A stretch of 64,000 nucleotides of DNA, from the NCBI GenBank assembly GCA_965205015.1, contig OZ242029.1:1056001-1120000 (forward strand). The letters are read 5' to 3'. The notes under the pieces were generated by a model. It was not told the DNA's origin. It saw only the letters and a program-made list of their open reading frames with translations, and searched no databases. The translations under genes and the position numbers were made by a program. The stretch comes from Candidatus Poribacteria bacterium. GTDB taxonomy: Bacteria > Poribacteria > WGA-4E > WGA-3G. Shown here one piece after another: positions 9,492 through 19,125 of this stretch; positions within the stretch are counted from its first letter, which is position 1, and each line of letters starts with the position of its first letter.

Positions 9492-10763
9492 TTACCACTG
9501 TCCGTGCACAGGGGTCTCGCGTGCTTTCTCAAAGAGATCTGCCCATTCGTCAGTGCCGTCGTCGAAGGTTAACTCGAGACGCGCACCTTCCACCTGTGCC
9601 GCACCGTTGCCGGCATTGAAATAACTTAAACCATCACCGGACATGTGGATGCAACTGCCATCAGGATAAACAACCGTTTTGATGATACGCGGGACGGAAT
9701 GAATCGTGTAACCTTCAGCGTCTAACTGATCATCAGGCACGCGGAAACGTTCAATTGCGTCTTCATCGACTTCAACGCCTAACCCAGGGGCATCAGGGAC
9801 CTTGTGGCATCCCTCCGAGACCTGTATCGGTTGTGTGAGGAGATGGTCGCTGTAGAGATTAATACAGGTGATTGCGGGCCACGTCGCATGTGTGAGCACA
9901 CTGCCGAGATGCCCTGCCCACGTCGTTGTCAAGCCGTTTCCGACGATCTGGAGCCAAAACGGCATATCCGCTGCCGCACTGAGTTGTCCCTCACGCATGA
10001 CCTGCGATTTACCGCCACCGATGACGAATCCGGTGCATACGTCCTCACGGACGCAGGTGGTATAGGGCGGTGATCCGAAGTGCATGGCGACCTGACAGCC
10101 GACTTCTTGGCGAATTTGCTTGTTTCCGTCAACATCGCTCTGCGGAATAGGCGTCTCAAACATCGCTACGTTTGGGTGTGACGCGAGTTTTTGCAGGATC
10201 GGAATAGCCGTCTCTGCGTCGCGCCAAGAACCGTTGGGATCGAGATCGAGTTTGAAGTCCGACGGGACGCCTTCTGCGACCGCCTCTACCTGCGCGGCGA
10301 TATCCCACCACGGACGGGGTTTATTTTTGAAACTGGTATAACCGTTTTCCACGGCATCTGCGGCTTCCGCTGCCCAATTTTCAGGAGAGGCATCAATACA
10401 CCACCACGAAATTGGAACAGCCTCGCGATACTGGTTGTCAAGGAGTTGATAGACGGGTACCTCTAAAATTTTACCGACGACATCAAAAAGTGCCATCTGT
10501 AAGCCTGCACCGAGTGAATCGTCGTTCATGCGTTCGGCAGGGCTCTGCCCCAGTACACGTTCAACGCTGGCGTCGCTGACTCGGGAATAGGTATAGTGGA
10601 CGACAGTCTCCCCCCAACCGACATGCCCGGTATCCGTGGTAACCTTGCACAGTTCAAGGATCGACCAGTTGTAAACAGTGGACACGCTCTGGGTGGTAAT
10701 CTGTTGTTGTCGTGGAGTGAAGGGAACATCTACAAGCACACGTTCAACGTTCGTGACTTTCAT
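9492..10763 (-). CDS. Mandelate racemase/muconate lactonizing enzyme family protein
   Basis: GHVGWGE, ALFDVVGK, KNK, DLDPN, FETP, VPDAPGLGVEVD. Confidence 0.88.
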   Translation of the reverse strand: MKVTNVERVLVDVPFTPRQQQITTQSVSTVYNWSILELCKVTTDTGHVGWGETVVHYTYSRVSDASVERVLGQSPAERMNDDSLGAGLQMALFDVVGKILEVPVYQLLDNQYREAVPISWWCIDASPENWAAEAADAVENGYTSFKNKPRPWWDIAAQVEAVAEGVPSDFKLDLDPNGSWRDAETAIPILQKLASHPNVAMFETPIPQSDVDGNKQIRQEVGCQVAMHFGSPPYTTCVREDVCTGFVIGGGKSQVMREGQLSAAADMPFWLQIVGNGLTTTWAGHLGSVLTHATWPAITCINLYSDHLLTQPIQVSEGCHKVPDAPGLGVEVDEDAIERFRVPDDQLDAEGYTIHSVPRIIKTVVYPDGSCIHMSGDGLSYFNAGNGAAQVEGARLELTFDDGTDEWADLFEKARETPVHGQW

Positions 10764-10823
10764 GGAAGGACTCCTAAGGTTCAATGGAAGGATGCGATGT
10801 ATAGGGACCTTGGAATGTGTTTG

Positions 10824-10870
10824 GAAAAAGAAAAGAGGCGAGGGGATTTGATTGAAGTCATCCCCTCGCT
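10824..10870 (-). terminator. Rho-independent terminator
   Basis: GCGAGGGGAT...ATCCCCTCGC hairpin followed by a T-rich tract on the minus strand, just after the stop at 10881. Confidence 0.7.
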
Positions 10871-10880
10871 CTATACGCCA

Positions 10881-11708
10881 TTAATAAGAGGTTTTAACCG
10901 CCCCCCAGCTGGTAGTGAGTTTGCCTTTGGCATCAATATCAAAGCCGTTGGCATTCGTAACCAGAACACTATCAACTCTACCCATTCCCCAGCTTTCATG
11001 CCAGATACCGACGCTGCCAGCACTCGTGTAATTGGCATTTTTGTATTCAAGGATAGGCTTTCCGAGGTCTTCGGAGGGTGCGAATAGGTCTTTGACTTCT
11101 TCAAGTTTCATGTACCATATTTTGACGTTCTTGCCTTGGACATCGACGCGTGCGAAATAAGGGACAGCGTTGGTTTGGTCGAGCCCCCCGCCTAAGCCGT
11201 GCGGCACAGATTCTAATTCTTTTCCACCATTCTCACAACCGCACTGGTCGAGACATTGTCCGGAAGGACAGCACCCGTCTGCCAGGCTCATAATCATAAC
11301 AGTTGCGGTCTCATTATATCCAAGGTAGACGAGATAGCCGTTATCGTCTCCTTTTCTGCGGAATTGAAAACCCACACCATCATCATCACCAAACGAGAAA
11401 ACCATTTGGATGATACCGTCGGTAAAGTTTTTCACGCCAGGCAGTTCTGTGTTCCCGGAGATGCCACATCCCTCAGCGGTTTGCTTCATGGATCTTTTTC
11501 CACCGAGTTTGCCACCTTCAAAATCATCTTCACCCCAGATAGTGCCAGCGTTTTCGGGTTTATAATTCTTGACATTGTTCACACCGGCATCGGGGATTGC
11601 CTCCTTGGAGCCCGGCTCAAAATCGGCGTAAAACACAACTTGACCGCTGGCGTGAAATGAAACAAATAGACTCAAAACGAGAATCAAAAGAAAAAAACGT
11701 ATTTTCAT
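10881..11708 (-). CDS. Secreted Cys-rich beta-sandwich (ConA/DUF1080-like) protein with KLTTSWG tail, paralog 1
   Basis: Signal peptide, DDDGVGF, DGCCPSGQCLDQCGCENGG, GSVGIWHESW, C-terminal GKLTTSWGAVK. Confidence 0.7.
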   Translation of the reverse strand: MKIRFFLLILVLSLFVSFHASGQVVFYADFEPGSKEAIPDAGVNNVKNYKPENAGTIWGEDDFEGGKLGGKRSMKQTAEGCGISGNTELPGVKNFTDGIIQMVFSFGDDDGVGFQFRRKGDDNGYLVYLGYNETATVMIMSLADGCCPSGQCLDQCGCENGGKELESVPHGLGGGLDQTNAVPYFARVDVQGKNVKIWYMKLEEVKDLFAPSEDLGKPILEYKNANYTSAGSVGIWHESWGMGRVDSVLVTNANGFDIDAKGKLTTSWGAVKTSY

Positions 11709-11964
11709 GAGATGCCTCCTCTGTTCTCATAAAAGGTTGTGTTGCCGTTTATTCACAAGCAACAGTGTGGTGACGAGGCTATAGGGGTGCTTAGATACCC
11801 GTATCACCAAGGGCACCTCGTCGTAAAACGAAAGTGGTGTTGGGTGAGGCATTGACCTCACCCGACAAAGACGAATAGTGGGATGGCAGGGAGACTGAGG
11901 TAGGAAAACCTCGCCCTGCAACGCCAATTGATTTTACGGTATTAGTCTATATTAAGGAAGGAGA

Positions 11965-12789
11965 CTAATAGCTGCTTTTAACATCGCCCCACGTTGTGGA
12001 GAGTTTGGCGTGTGGATCAACTGCTGTGAGTTTACCTGGACCGGTAACAAGGACGCTACCGACTCTTCCGTTGCCCCAACTTTCGTGCCAGACACCGACG
12101 GTACCGGGTCCCAAATCATCTGCGCCGTCGTATTCAGCGACTGGATCGCCGAGTTCACTGGAATCCACAAAGAGACCGGGGGCATCGTCAAGTTCCATAT
12201 ACCAAGCTTGAATGAGGCTTCCGGTGACTTCAACGCGTGCCAAATAGGCAACGCTGTTGTCTTGGGAGAGGTCCGCGCCCAAGCCGTGGTCAACACCGAC
12301 GAGCTCATTTCCACCGTTTTCGCAGCTGCACTGGTCGAGACATTGCCCGGAAGGACAGCATCCGTCGGCGAGGCTACCGATGATAATTTGGGGGGTTTCG
12401 TTATAGCCGAATGCGATGAGATAGCCCTTATCGTCGCCGACGCGTCCGATTAGGAAACCAACGCCGTCATCGTCTTGCCATGAAAAAACGGCTTGGACGA
12501 TACCCTCGGAGAAATCCGTAACACCGGGCAGGGGCGTATCCCCGGAGATGCCGCACCCTTCGGCAGTTTGATGCAAGGCACCGCTGCCATCAGGGAACTC
12601 ATCTGATGCCGCCCAAATGGTTCCAGCGTTTTCTGGCACCCAATTTGCCGGATCGTTGACGCTGACATCCGGGACTGCTTTAGAGCCGCTCACTTCAAAA
12701 TCAGCATAAAAAATTACCTGGGCACTCGCGTGGCTAATCAGCATGATTGAAAAAAGCGCGATGAGCACCAGAAGGTAGGTTCTTCTCAT
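11965..12789 (-). CDS. Secreted Cys-rich beta-sandwich protein with KLSTTWG tail, paralog 2
   Basis: Colinear with 10881-11708; DGCCPSGQCLDQCSCENGG; C-terminal AKLSTTWGDVK. Confidence 0.7.
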   Translation of the reverse strand: MRRTYLLVLIALFSIMLISHASAQVIFYADFEVSGSKAVPDVSVNDPANWVPENAGTIWAASDEFPDGSGALHQTAEGCGISGDTPLPGVTDFSEGIVQAVFSWQDDDGVGFLIGRVGDDKGYLIAFGYNETPQIIIGSLADGCCPSGQCLDQCSCENGGNELVGVDHGLGADLSQDNSVAYLARVEVTGSLIQAWYMELDDAPGLFVDSSELGDPVAEYDGADDLGPGTVGVWHESWGNGRVGSVLVTGPGKLTAVDPHAKLSTTWGDVKSSY

Positions 12790-12908
12790 TTTTCACTCCT
12801 TTATTGATTGATCTTCCGCAAGTTAAGTCGTCTGTGTCAAATTCATTTTTATTTTCCAAAGACAGACTTTATATAAACAGGACGATTTCTGACGAAACCG
12901 TTGTCTAA

Positions 12909-12937
12909 AATATAGCAAAAAAGCAAATTTCTGTCAA
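12909..12937 (-). promoter_or_regulatory. sigma70 promoter upstream of the Cys-rich paralog pair
   Basis: Minus strand TTGACA-17 bp-TATATT with TGn extended -10. Confidence 0.6.
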
Positions 12938-13000
12938 GAAAAATTTTAATTTTTTGGCAAGTTTTGTCGTTGCAAGGGGAAGGTGCAAGGTATGGTATTA

Positions 13001-15085
13001 TCAGTTGTCGCGCTGAAAACGGAAGACGCCACTGTGTTTTGTACCGATGTATAGCGTATTGCCATCCACAGCAAGGGAAGTCGCCGCGTAGGGGGCTTCC
13101 GACGTAATTTGTTCCCATATATTCGTCCGATTATCTACCTCATAAACACCGCTATCACGCACCCCGTAAAGGGTTGAGCCGTTAGGTGCAATCCAATCTA
13201 CAAGGAACGCCTTTCCGTCAGTATCGGTGAGTGCCTGCCAACCCTCGCCATCGAGCGAACGCATGACTCCCATGTCCGTTGAGATGTAGACAGTTGAACC
13301 CGCAAATACGATCTCTTTGAAATATGTAAACGAAAAAACGAGGTTTTCGGTAATGTCGTTCCAAGTATCCCCACCGTCCACAGATCGGAAAAGGTCGCCT
13401 TCCCGTTTACCGGCATACACAATATTCTCTGAAGCGGCAAGTGTAAAACCTTTTGCGTCAATGGGCGGAAGTTCTCCGTGATCTTCTAAACCGGTGTGGT
13501 GCCACGCCGTTTCGCCGGGTCGCCATCTGAAGAGTTTCCGACGGTGTTCCATAAAGACGGTTTCACCGGCGAGGATAAACCCGCCATTTGTTATGTCCTC
13601 TTTCGCGATATCGAGTAAACTCTCTCGCCACAGTCGCTCGGTTTCACGAACATTGACGTTCGTTTCTCTGGCTTCTCTGAGCCTTTTTTTCCATTCAACA
13701 TATAAGTTGTCTTCGTCGAAATCCGGTATATCTTGAACAGGTGTCAAGGCATCGCCTGTGATAGGCAAGTGAAAAAGTTGCGTTCGATGCCCCGCGATGC
13801 TACTTACATAAAGGGTCTCATCGGTTGTCCCAATCCTGGGAATCAGAAGTTTACCTCCACCATACACGTTAACAGACTCCCACGATTCACCACCGTCCGC
13901 TGATTTAGCAATCTTGCCCCCGGTAACCGCGTAGAGAACGGTTTCGCCTGCAATCAGACGCTGGACCTCGGCACTTACGAGTCCTGTCATAAAGGGATGC
14001 CATGAGTGACCACCATCTGTTGAGCGAGTGACCCCGGAAAGTTCGGATTTGTAAAAATTATTTTCATCCACTGCGACAATAGGCAAGAAACCGCCAGTAA
14101 AAGCGTGCTGTAGGTCGCGCCCTGGATCTGTCCACGTCTCGCCACGATCATAAGAGAGGAGCACCCCACCGGGCCCTATTACCAGAAGCGTGTCGCCCAC
14201 TGGAACAACCCTCACAGTGCCTATTAATTTAAATGGATGTTTATCGGTGTTAGGGGTAATATCGTTCCATGAATCGCCGAAGTCGGTTGAATAGAAGAGT
14301 GCGCAATGCAGCGCGTCCGGTTGATCTGAAATTGTTGTGACATAGAGTCTGTTTTCGATAGCTGCCAAGGAATTGGCACCCTCTGGCGTCGGCAGGGTCA
14401 TTTTTTCCCAATCGTCGGCAAACCGGAAAAGTCCTCGACTCGTTCCGACAAAAAGGATTTGGTTTGTGCCTGCAAAGAGAATATTGTCAATGGCAACAGC
14501 GTCGTGGATTCTAAAATCAACACCATTTGCCTCCGGTGTAAGCTGGGTTTGCAAACCTTCCCCAATAGGTGCCCACTGCTTACCACCATCCTCGGAACGA
14601 AATACCTCTGTTCTGAGGATGAGGTACATCGTCACATTGGCATCCTGTGGATCGCGCGCTCGGAGTGCATCTGTGACCGCCAAGGCGATAGGGGGTCCTT
14701 TGGGACGCGCGCCGAGGACCTTCCACGTTTTACCCTCGTCAGTTGAGGTCAAGACATTATCGGACGTGAGGAGGTAGAGAGTATCGCGATGCTCCGCCAT
14801 AATTGGATCAAACTGCCGACTTGGACCGGCGGAATTAATAAGCCGCCATGTGTCTGCTGCCTCTGTAAGTCGGTAGAGACCTGTTTTTGCAACAAGATAG
14901 AGCGTTCGGTCGGATGCGACAAAGAGCCCTGGTCTCGAAACGCCACCCAGCCCCTTCATCTGGATCCACTGCGGTTCTGCTGCGGAAACACCGGCTTCGT
15001 CGGCATCTAACGTTGGTGTGCCAAATCCTATTGCCAGAATGATAAGAAGTACCGATAGGAAATCGTTCAGTGTTTTTTGAATCAT
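13001..15085 (-). CDS. Secreted BNR/Asp-box beta-propeller protein
   Basis: Signal peptide; repeated S.D.G.TW Asp-boxes; colinear with the C-terminal domain of the upstream sigma fusion. Confidence 0.85.
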   Translation of the reverse strand: MIQKTLNDFLSVLLIILAIGFGTPTLDADEAGVSAAEPQWIQMKGLGGVSRPGLFVASDRTLYLVAKTGLYRLTEAADTWRLINSAGPSRQFDPIMAEHRDTLYLLTSDNVLTSTDEGKTWKVLGARPKGPPIALAVTDALRARDPQDANVTMYLILRTEVFRSEDGGKQWAPIGEGLQTQLTPEANGVDFRIHDAVAIDNILFAGTNQILFVGTSRGLFRFADDWEKMTLPTPEGANSLAAIENRLYVTTISDQPDALHCALFYSTDFGDSWNDITPNTDKHPFKLIGTVRVVPVGDTLLVIGPGGVLLSYDRGETWTDPGRDLQHAFTGGFLPIVAVDENNFYKSELSGVTRSTDGGHSWHPFMTGLVSAEVQRLIAGETVLYAVTGGKIAKSADGGESWESVNVYGGGKLLIPRIGTTDETLYVSSIAGHRTQLFHLPITGDALTPVQDIPDFDEDNLYVEWKKRLREARETNVNVRETERLWRESLLDIAKEDITNGGFILAGETVFMEHRRKLFRWRPGETAWHHTGLEDHGELPPIDAKGFTLAASENIVYAGKREGDLFRSVDGGDTWNDITENLVFSFTYFKEIVFAGSTVYISTDMGVMRSLDGEGWQALTDTDGKAFLVDWIAPNGSTLYGVRDSGVYEVDNRTNIWEQITSEAPYAATSLAVDGNTLYIGTKHSGVFRFQRDN

Positions 15086-15273
15086 GGCTTTTCTCCTTAT
15101 TCGGGATTTGAATCCGGAAAACGTTGGGTTTCACTGGGTATCCTTACGATGGAGCGTATATGAGCAAAGGACGGTTTTCTGGATTGGCAAGCATCGGACT
15201 GCTCCCCGTTCAACCCAACCTACACTGAAGGGCTGCCCTTAAATTGATATATATGATGTGGGTGAAACCTAAC

Positions 15274-18213
15274 CTACAGCCTGTGTAAGGGTAAGCGGAG
15301 GATCCCGTGGTGTTCTGTGCCGATATAGAGGACGTTTCCGGCAACAGCGAGAGAAGTTACCCGTCCGGAGACTTCTGAGGCAACCTGTTCCCAGATGCCC
15401 GTCCCGTGGTCCAATCGGTAGGCACCCGCTTGGGAAACGCCGTAGAGGATTGTACCGTTGACGGTTAATTGACGCATGGGGATCGGGGCGTATCTCGAAT
15501 CGGTGAGCGTATGCCAGTTCTCACCATCGTTTGACATGACGACGCCGTCACTTGTTGAAACATAGACGGTGTCACGTACAAAGATTATCTCTTTGAAGTG
15601 TGGTAACTTCCTTAGGAGTTGGTCCTGGGACGCTGCCCTATTTAGCCGAAAGGGGAAATCTGCCGTAATATCTTTCCAAGTGTCTCCGCCATCCAGAGAT
15701 TGGAAGAGGCTGCCGTCGCTTTTTCCGAGATAGATAACCTTCCCTGAAACAGCGAATTGGAAACCGTCGGTGGCATAGAAGTCAGCGAATACGGGAGCAT
15801 CTGGCATGTCGATGTCGCGCCATTCGCGGTCGCCGCGGGTCCATCGGTAGAGTTTTCGTTCGTATTCGATGTAGAACGTCCCGTCGCTCACGGCGAACTC
15901 GCCTGTCGTTCTCACAACGGCTTCTTCGATACCGCGTTGATAGTGCGCCAGAACTGTTTGATCTCTTGCTTGAAGTCCAAGGGCAGCTGCAGTCCCGATT
16001 GTTTTCTCCAGCCATTCACCGTGGCCTGAATCTACATAAACCGGCATGCCCTGAATATGAAAGAACGTATCCGTACGCGGCGGTAAATGGAGCAGGCAGT
16101 TTGTGCTGCCCCCCTGATTTGTTCTGACGTAAAGTGAATTGTCCACGGCTGTCAGATTCGACAACTTCAAGTCCCCGAGCGATTTATTTGGCGGGAGTGG
16201 CAGATGCGTGTCAATCTGCATCCATCGGCTCCCACCATCAACGGATTTAGCGACACCTGTCTTGGTTACGGCGTAAAGGGTGTTGTTAGCGTGGACGAGA
16301 TCAAGGATATGGAGTTCTGACATGCCTGCTGTGAATAGATGCCAACTGCCACCCGCATCAATAGAACGTTTCACATCGCCCATTGTAGAAATGAAAAAAG
16401 TCTCCTCATCCAAAGCGGCGGCTGGGAGCATACTTAACATAAACGCTTCTTTCTGAAAACCGAGATACTCCCATGTGTCCCCTGTATCTCTTGAGCGTAA
16501 CACACCAACACCAAGGACCAAGACGGTTTCACCTACCGCCACAAGTTTGACGGATCCAACCGTTAGCGGCGATAGGCCTATGCGCAGATCTGTGGGGGTT
16601 ATGTCGGTCCACGACGCTCCGAAATCGCTTGAGGCAAAAATCGAACCCGATTCCTGACCTTTTTCTTTTCCAGCAGTGAGATAAATTCTATCGCCAGCGA
16701 CTGCTAACGCGTCAATAGATTGTGCCTGGGCGACGGGCAACTTCTCCCATACACCCGAATTGCGTCGATAGAGGCCCTGCTTTGTCCCTAAAAAGAGTAC
16801 GTTTTCAACAACAACGGCATTTTGTATTTTCGGTGCGTTCAAACCCTCGTTGCAAGCGTGCCATGTAGTGCCAACATCCGTTGAACGAAATACACCGTCT
16901 GCGAGGACGAGGTACATTTCAGTCTCGGCATTCTGTGACCAGCGTAACCTGCTGGGGATAAGGAGTGCGATGGCGCGTCCGGGTGGACGTGAACCGAGAG
17001 GCTGCCATGTCGTGCCGCGATCGGTTGACGTGAGCAGGTCGGTCTCCGTAACAATATAGAGGACATCCTTGCCTTCTGCCATGGGCATACCGTGATTCGT
17101 AAAAGGGAGGGCAGCGCTGACGAGTGTCCATTCCGTGCTATCTTTGTCTGCCAATCGGTAGAGTCGGGTACCTCCAAGCGCATAGACTTCCTTTTGCGAT
17201 GTAACAAAGAGGTTTCCGACCGTCGCGCCTCCGGGTCCCTTCGCCGGAACCCACTGCGGATCTTCTGTCTTTGGTACCTCCGTTGTATCTGCTTGTGCTG
17301 CTGCCAATAGTCCGGTATCGACCCTCGGCACAGTGCCTTTGCCGCGTCCCTCAACATCGGTATTGCCAAATCGATTCTTGACATCCGGCTTCCGGTTGAG
17401 GTCCAACACCACGGGTGTGTCAACGAGTTCAATTGTCATTTCGGATGTTGCGTTCAAGTTATAGGGCTGCTGGAAACGGGATAATGTACGGGGACCGAAC
17501 CCCATCATTAGGATGACCAGAAACGTTGCGGAGAAAGAGAGGGTCCACGGCACCCATGGTTTACTCACGGAAGGTGTCATGGGTCTGATGCGGGCGATCT
17601 CCTTGATGATGTTTTCAGTTAAGGTTGGCGGGAGTTGGAAGACGCCTGAGACTTCGTGGAGCAGGTGTTCTTGCTTTTCTAATCGCTTGCGGGCGCGGCG
17701 GAGTCGACTCCTAATCGTGTTGGGCGACACCCCCAAAAACGTGCTGATTTCGTCACTCGTCATCTCCGCGAGATAGTAAAGCGTTACGACAGTGCGTTCG
17801 CTCTCTGGCAGTCTTTGAAGCAAGCGTTTGACGAGTTCGCGCCGGTGTTCAAGAGATACTTCTTCGCCATACGCCGTCTCATATTGCGTATAGCATAACT
17901 CCTCTAACTCAGTCGTGGGCATCGCATCCAAGGAGGTCGTCGGTTGCCGCTTCTTTCGGAGCCACGTCATGCAGTGGCGCGTTGCGATGACATAGAGCCA
18001 CCCTGGAAAATTCTCTGGGGGTTTTAGGGTCGATAACTTTTTGTAAACCTTCAAGAAAACATCTTGCGTGATTTCCTCTGCGATGTGAAAATCCCCAATC
18101 TTCCGCCAGACAAGCGTGTGAACCCATTTCTGATATTTGTTCACGAGCGCGGTAAATGCGCGCTCGTCTCCCTCCAAAGTCAGTTGAATTAGGTCGATGT
18201 CATTCTCTTTCAT
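15274..18213 (-). CDS. ECF sigma-70 factor fused to a TM helix and a BNR beta-propeller
   Basis: Region 2 AEEITQDVFLKVY..F.GWLYVIA; region 4 LPESER..EISTFLGVSPNTIRSRLRRAR; TM WVPWTLSFSATFLVILMMGF; Asp-box repeats. Confidence 0.9.
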   Translation of the reverse strand: MKENDIDLIQLTLEGDERAFTALVNKYQKWVHTLVWRKIGDFHIAEEITQDVFLKVYKKLSTLKPPENFPGWLYVIATRHCMTWLRKKRQPTTSLDAMPTTELEELCYTQYETAYGEEVSLEHRRELVKRLLQRLPESERTVVTLYYLAEMTSDEISTFLGVSPNTIRSRLRRARKRLEKQEHLLHEVSGVFQLPPTLTENIIKEIARIRPMTPSVSKPWVPWTLSFSATFLVILMMGFGPRTLSRFQQPYNLNATSEMTIELVDTPVVLDLNRKPDVKNRFGNTDVEGRGKGTVPRVDTGLLAAAQADTTEVPKTEDPQWVPAKGPGGATVGNLFVTSQKEVYALGGTRLYRLADKDSTEWTLVSAALPFTNHGMPMAEGKDVLYIVTETDLLTSTDRGTTWQPLGSRPPGRAIALLIPSRLRWSQNAETEMYLVLADGVFRSTDVGTTWHACNEGLNAPKIQNAVVVENVLFLGTKQGLYRRNSGVWEKLPVAQAQSIDALAVAGDRIYLTAGKEKGQESGSIFASSDFGASWTDITPTDLRIGLSPLTVGSVKLVAVGETVLVLGVGVLRSRDTGDTWEYLGFQKEAFMLSMLPAAALDEETFFISTMGDVKRSIDAGGSWHLFTAGMSELHILDLVHANNTLYAVTKTGVAKSVDGGSRWMQIDTHLPLPPNKSLGDLKLSNLTAVDNSLYVRTNQGGSTNCLLHLPPRTDTFFHIQGMPVYVDSGHGEWLEKTIGTAAALGLQARDQTVLAHYQRGIEEAVVRTTGEFAVSDGTFYIEYERKLYRWTRGDREWRDIDMPDAPVFADFYATDGFQFAVSGKVIYLGKSDGSLFQSLDGGDTWKDITADFPFRLNRAASQDQLLRKLPHFKEIIFVRDTVYVSTSDGVVMSNDGENWHTLTDSRYAPIPMRQLTVNGTILYGVSQAGAYRLDHGTGIWEQVASEVSGRVTSLAVAGNVLYIGTEHHGILRLPLHRL

Positions 18214-18310
18214 CCGTCTCCCTCCAAAATGAAAAATCAGGCTTCATGATATAGTAACGCCTATTGGAGACCGAAATGGTGCATAAAATGCAATTTCCAG
18301 GGGAAATAAG

Positions 18311-18420
18311 AGTCGGGAATCGGAGTTCCCTCCTACAAGAATGGCAGTCGGTCCGTCGGAAACCGTCGGCGGTCAGCAAGAGGACATCCTTAAACGAAGA
18401 CCTCTTCGCCGATCGCCAAT
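18311..18420. repeat. REP-like palindrome plus heptamer-type element
   Basis: 26-mer identical to 5929-5954, followed by gtcgg/gtcagc-aagagg...cctctt-gccga. Confidence 0.7.
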
Positions 18421-18472
18421 ATTGTTTAGACTTGACAGAAGGGCGTAGAAATGCTATGCTACGGTAATACTA

Positions 18473-19000
18473 CTAATTATTCTGGGCACCTTCATCGATC
18501 CAATCAATGAACAGTTTGACCTGGGCAGCGTTTAAAGGTGGGGGGATGGGAGGCATACCGCCGCCATCAATGCGCCCGACAACAAGACTTCCTTTACCAT
18601 CGCCGGCGGCAAACGCGGGACCCCCGTTTCCGCCTTTTTTGAAGGTATCGTATGTGGTGAGATCAAGCCCTCTTGCTGCACCGGCTGCAGCGTGGCACCC
18701 TGGAATAGCACAGCGTTCAGCGAGTATCGGCTGAATGTCGTCCTTGAAGGAAATTCCTGCAACAACCGGCTCTTCAACGACGGGTTGTTCAACAACCCCA
18801 GGCTGTGGCGTTTGAGTTGCCGGAGGCGTTGTAGTGGGTTGGAGGACATCCGTCATACCGGGGGAGTCGTCGGTGATGTCGCCTTCGTCGCCGCAGCTGG
18901 CGATGAAGATGGAAGTGAGAAAGACGCTAAGAGCGAGGATAGGAATAGAAACGGAACGGACGTATTTTCTACGTGTATCTATAAAAGATGAAGTCATCAC
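18473..19000 (-). CDS. Lipoprotein with planctomycete-type cytochrome c domain
   Basis: Lipobox IASC, Pro/Thr linker, SFKDDIQPILAERCAIPGCH...GLDL...MPP...WIDEGA. Confidence 0.8.
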   Translation of the reverse strand: MMTSSFIDTRRKYVRSVSIPILALSVFLTSIFIASCGDEGDITDDSPGMTDVLQPTTTPPATQTPQPGVVEQPVVEEPVVAGISFKDDIQPILAERCAIPGCHAAAGAARGLDLTTYDTFKKGGNGGPAFAAGDGKGSLVVGRIDGGGMPPIPPPLNAAQVKLFIDWIDEGAQNN

Positions 19001-19125
19001 GACAGGATTCTCCTTTTTTGAGAAATGTGTTTTTTAGTGTAACTTGTAAGTTAAAGCCTGCTGTTAAATGCGCAGGAATCTCGTTATTTCGTATATAGAA
19101 TATCACGATCCAAGGGAGATGTCAA

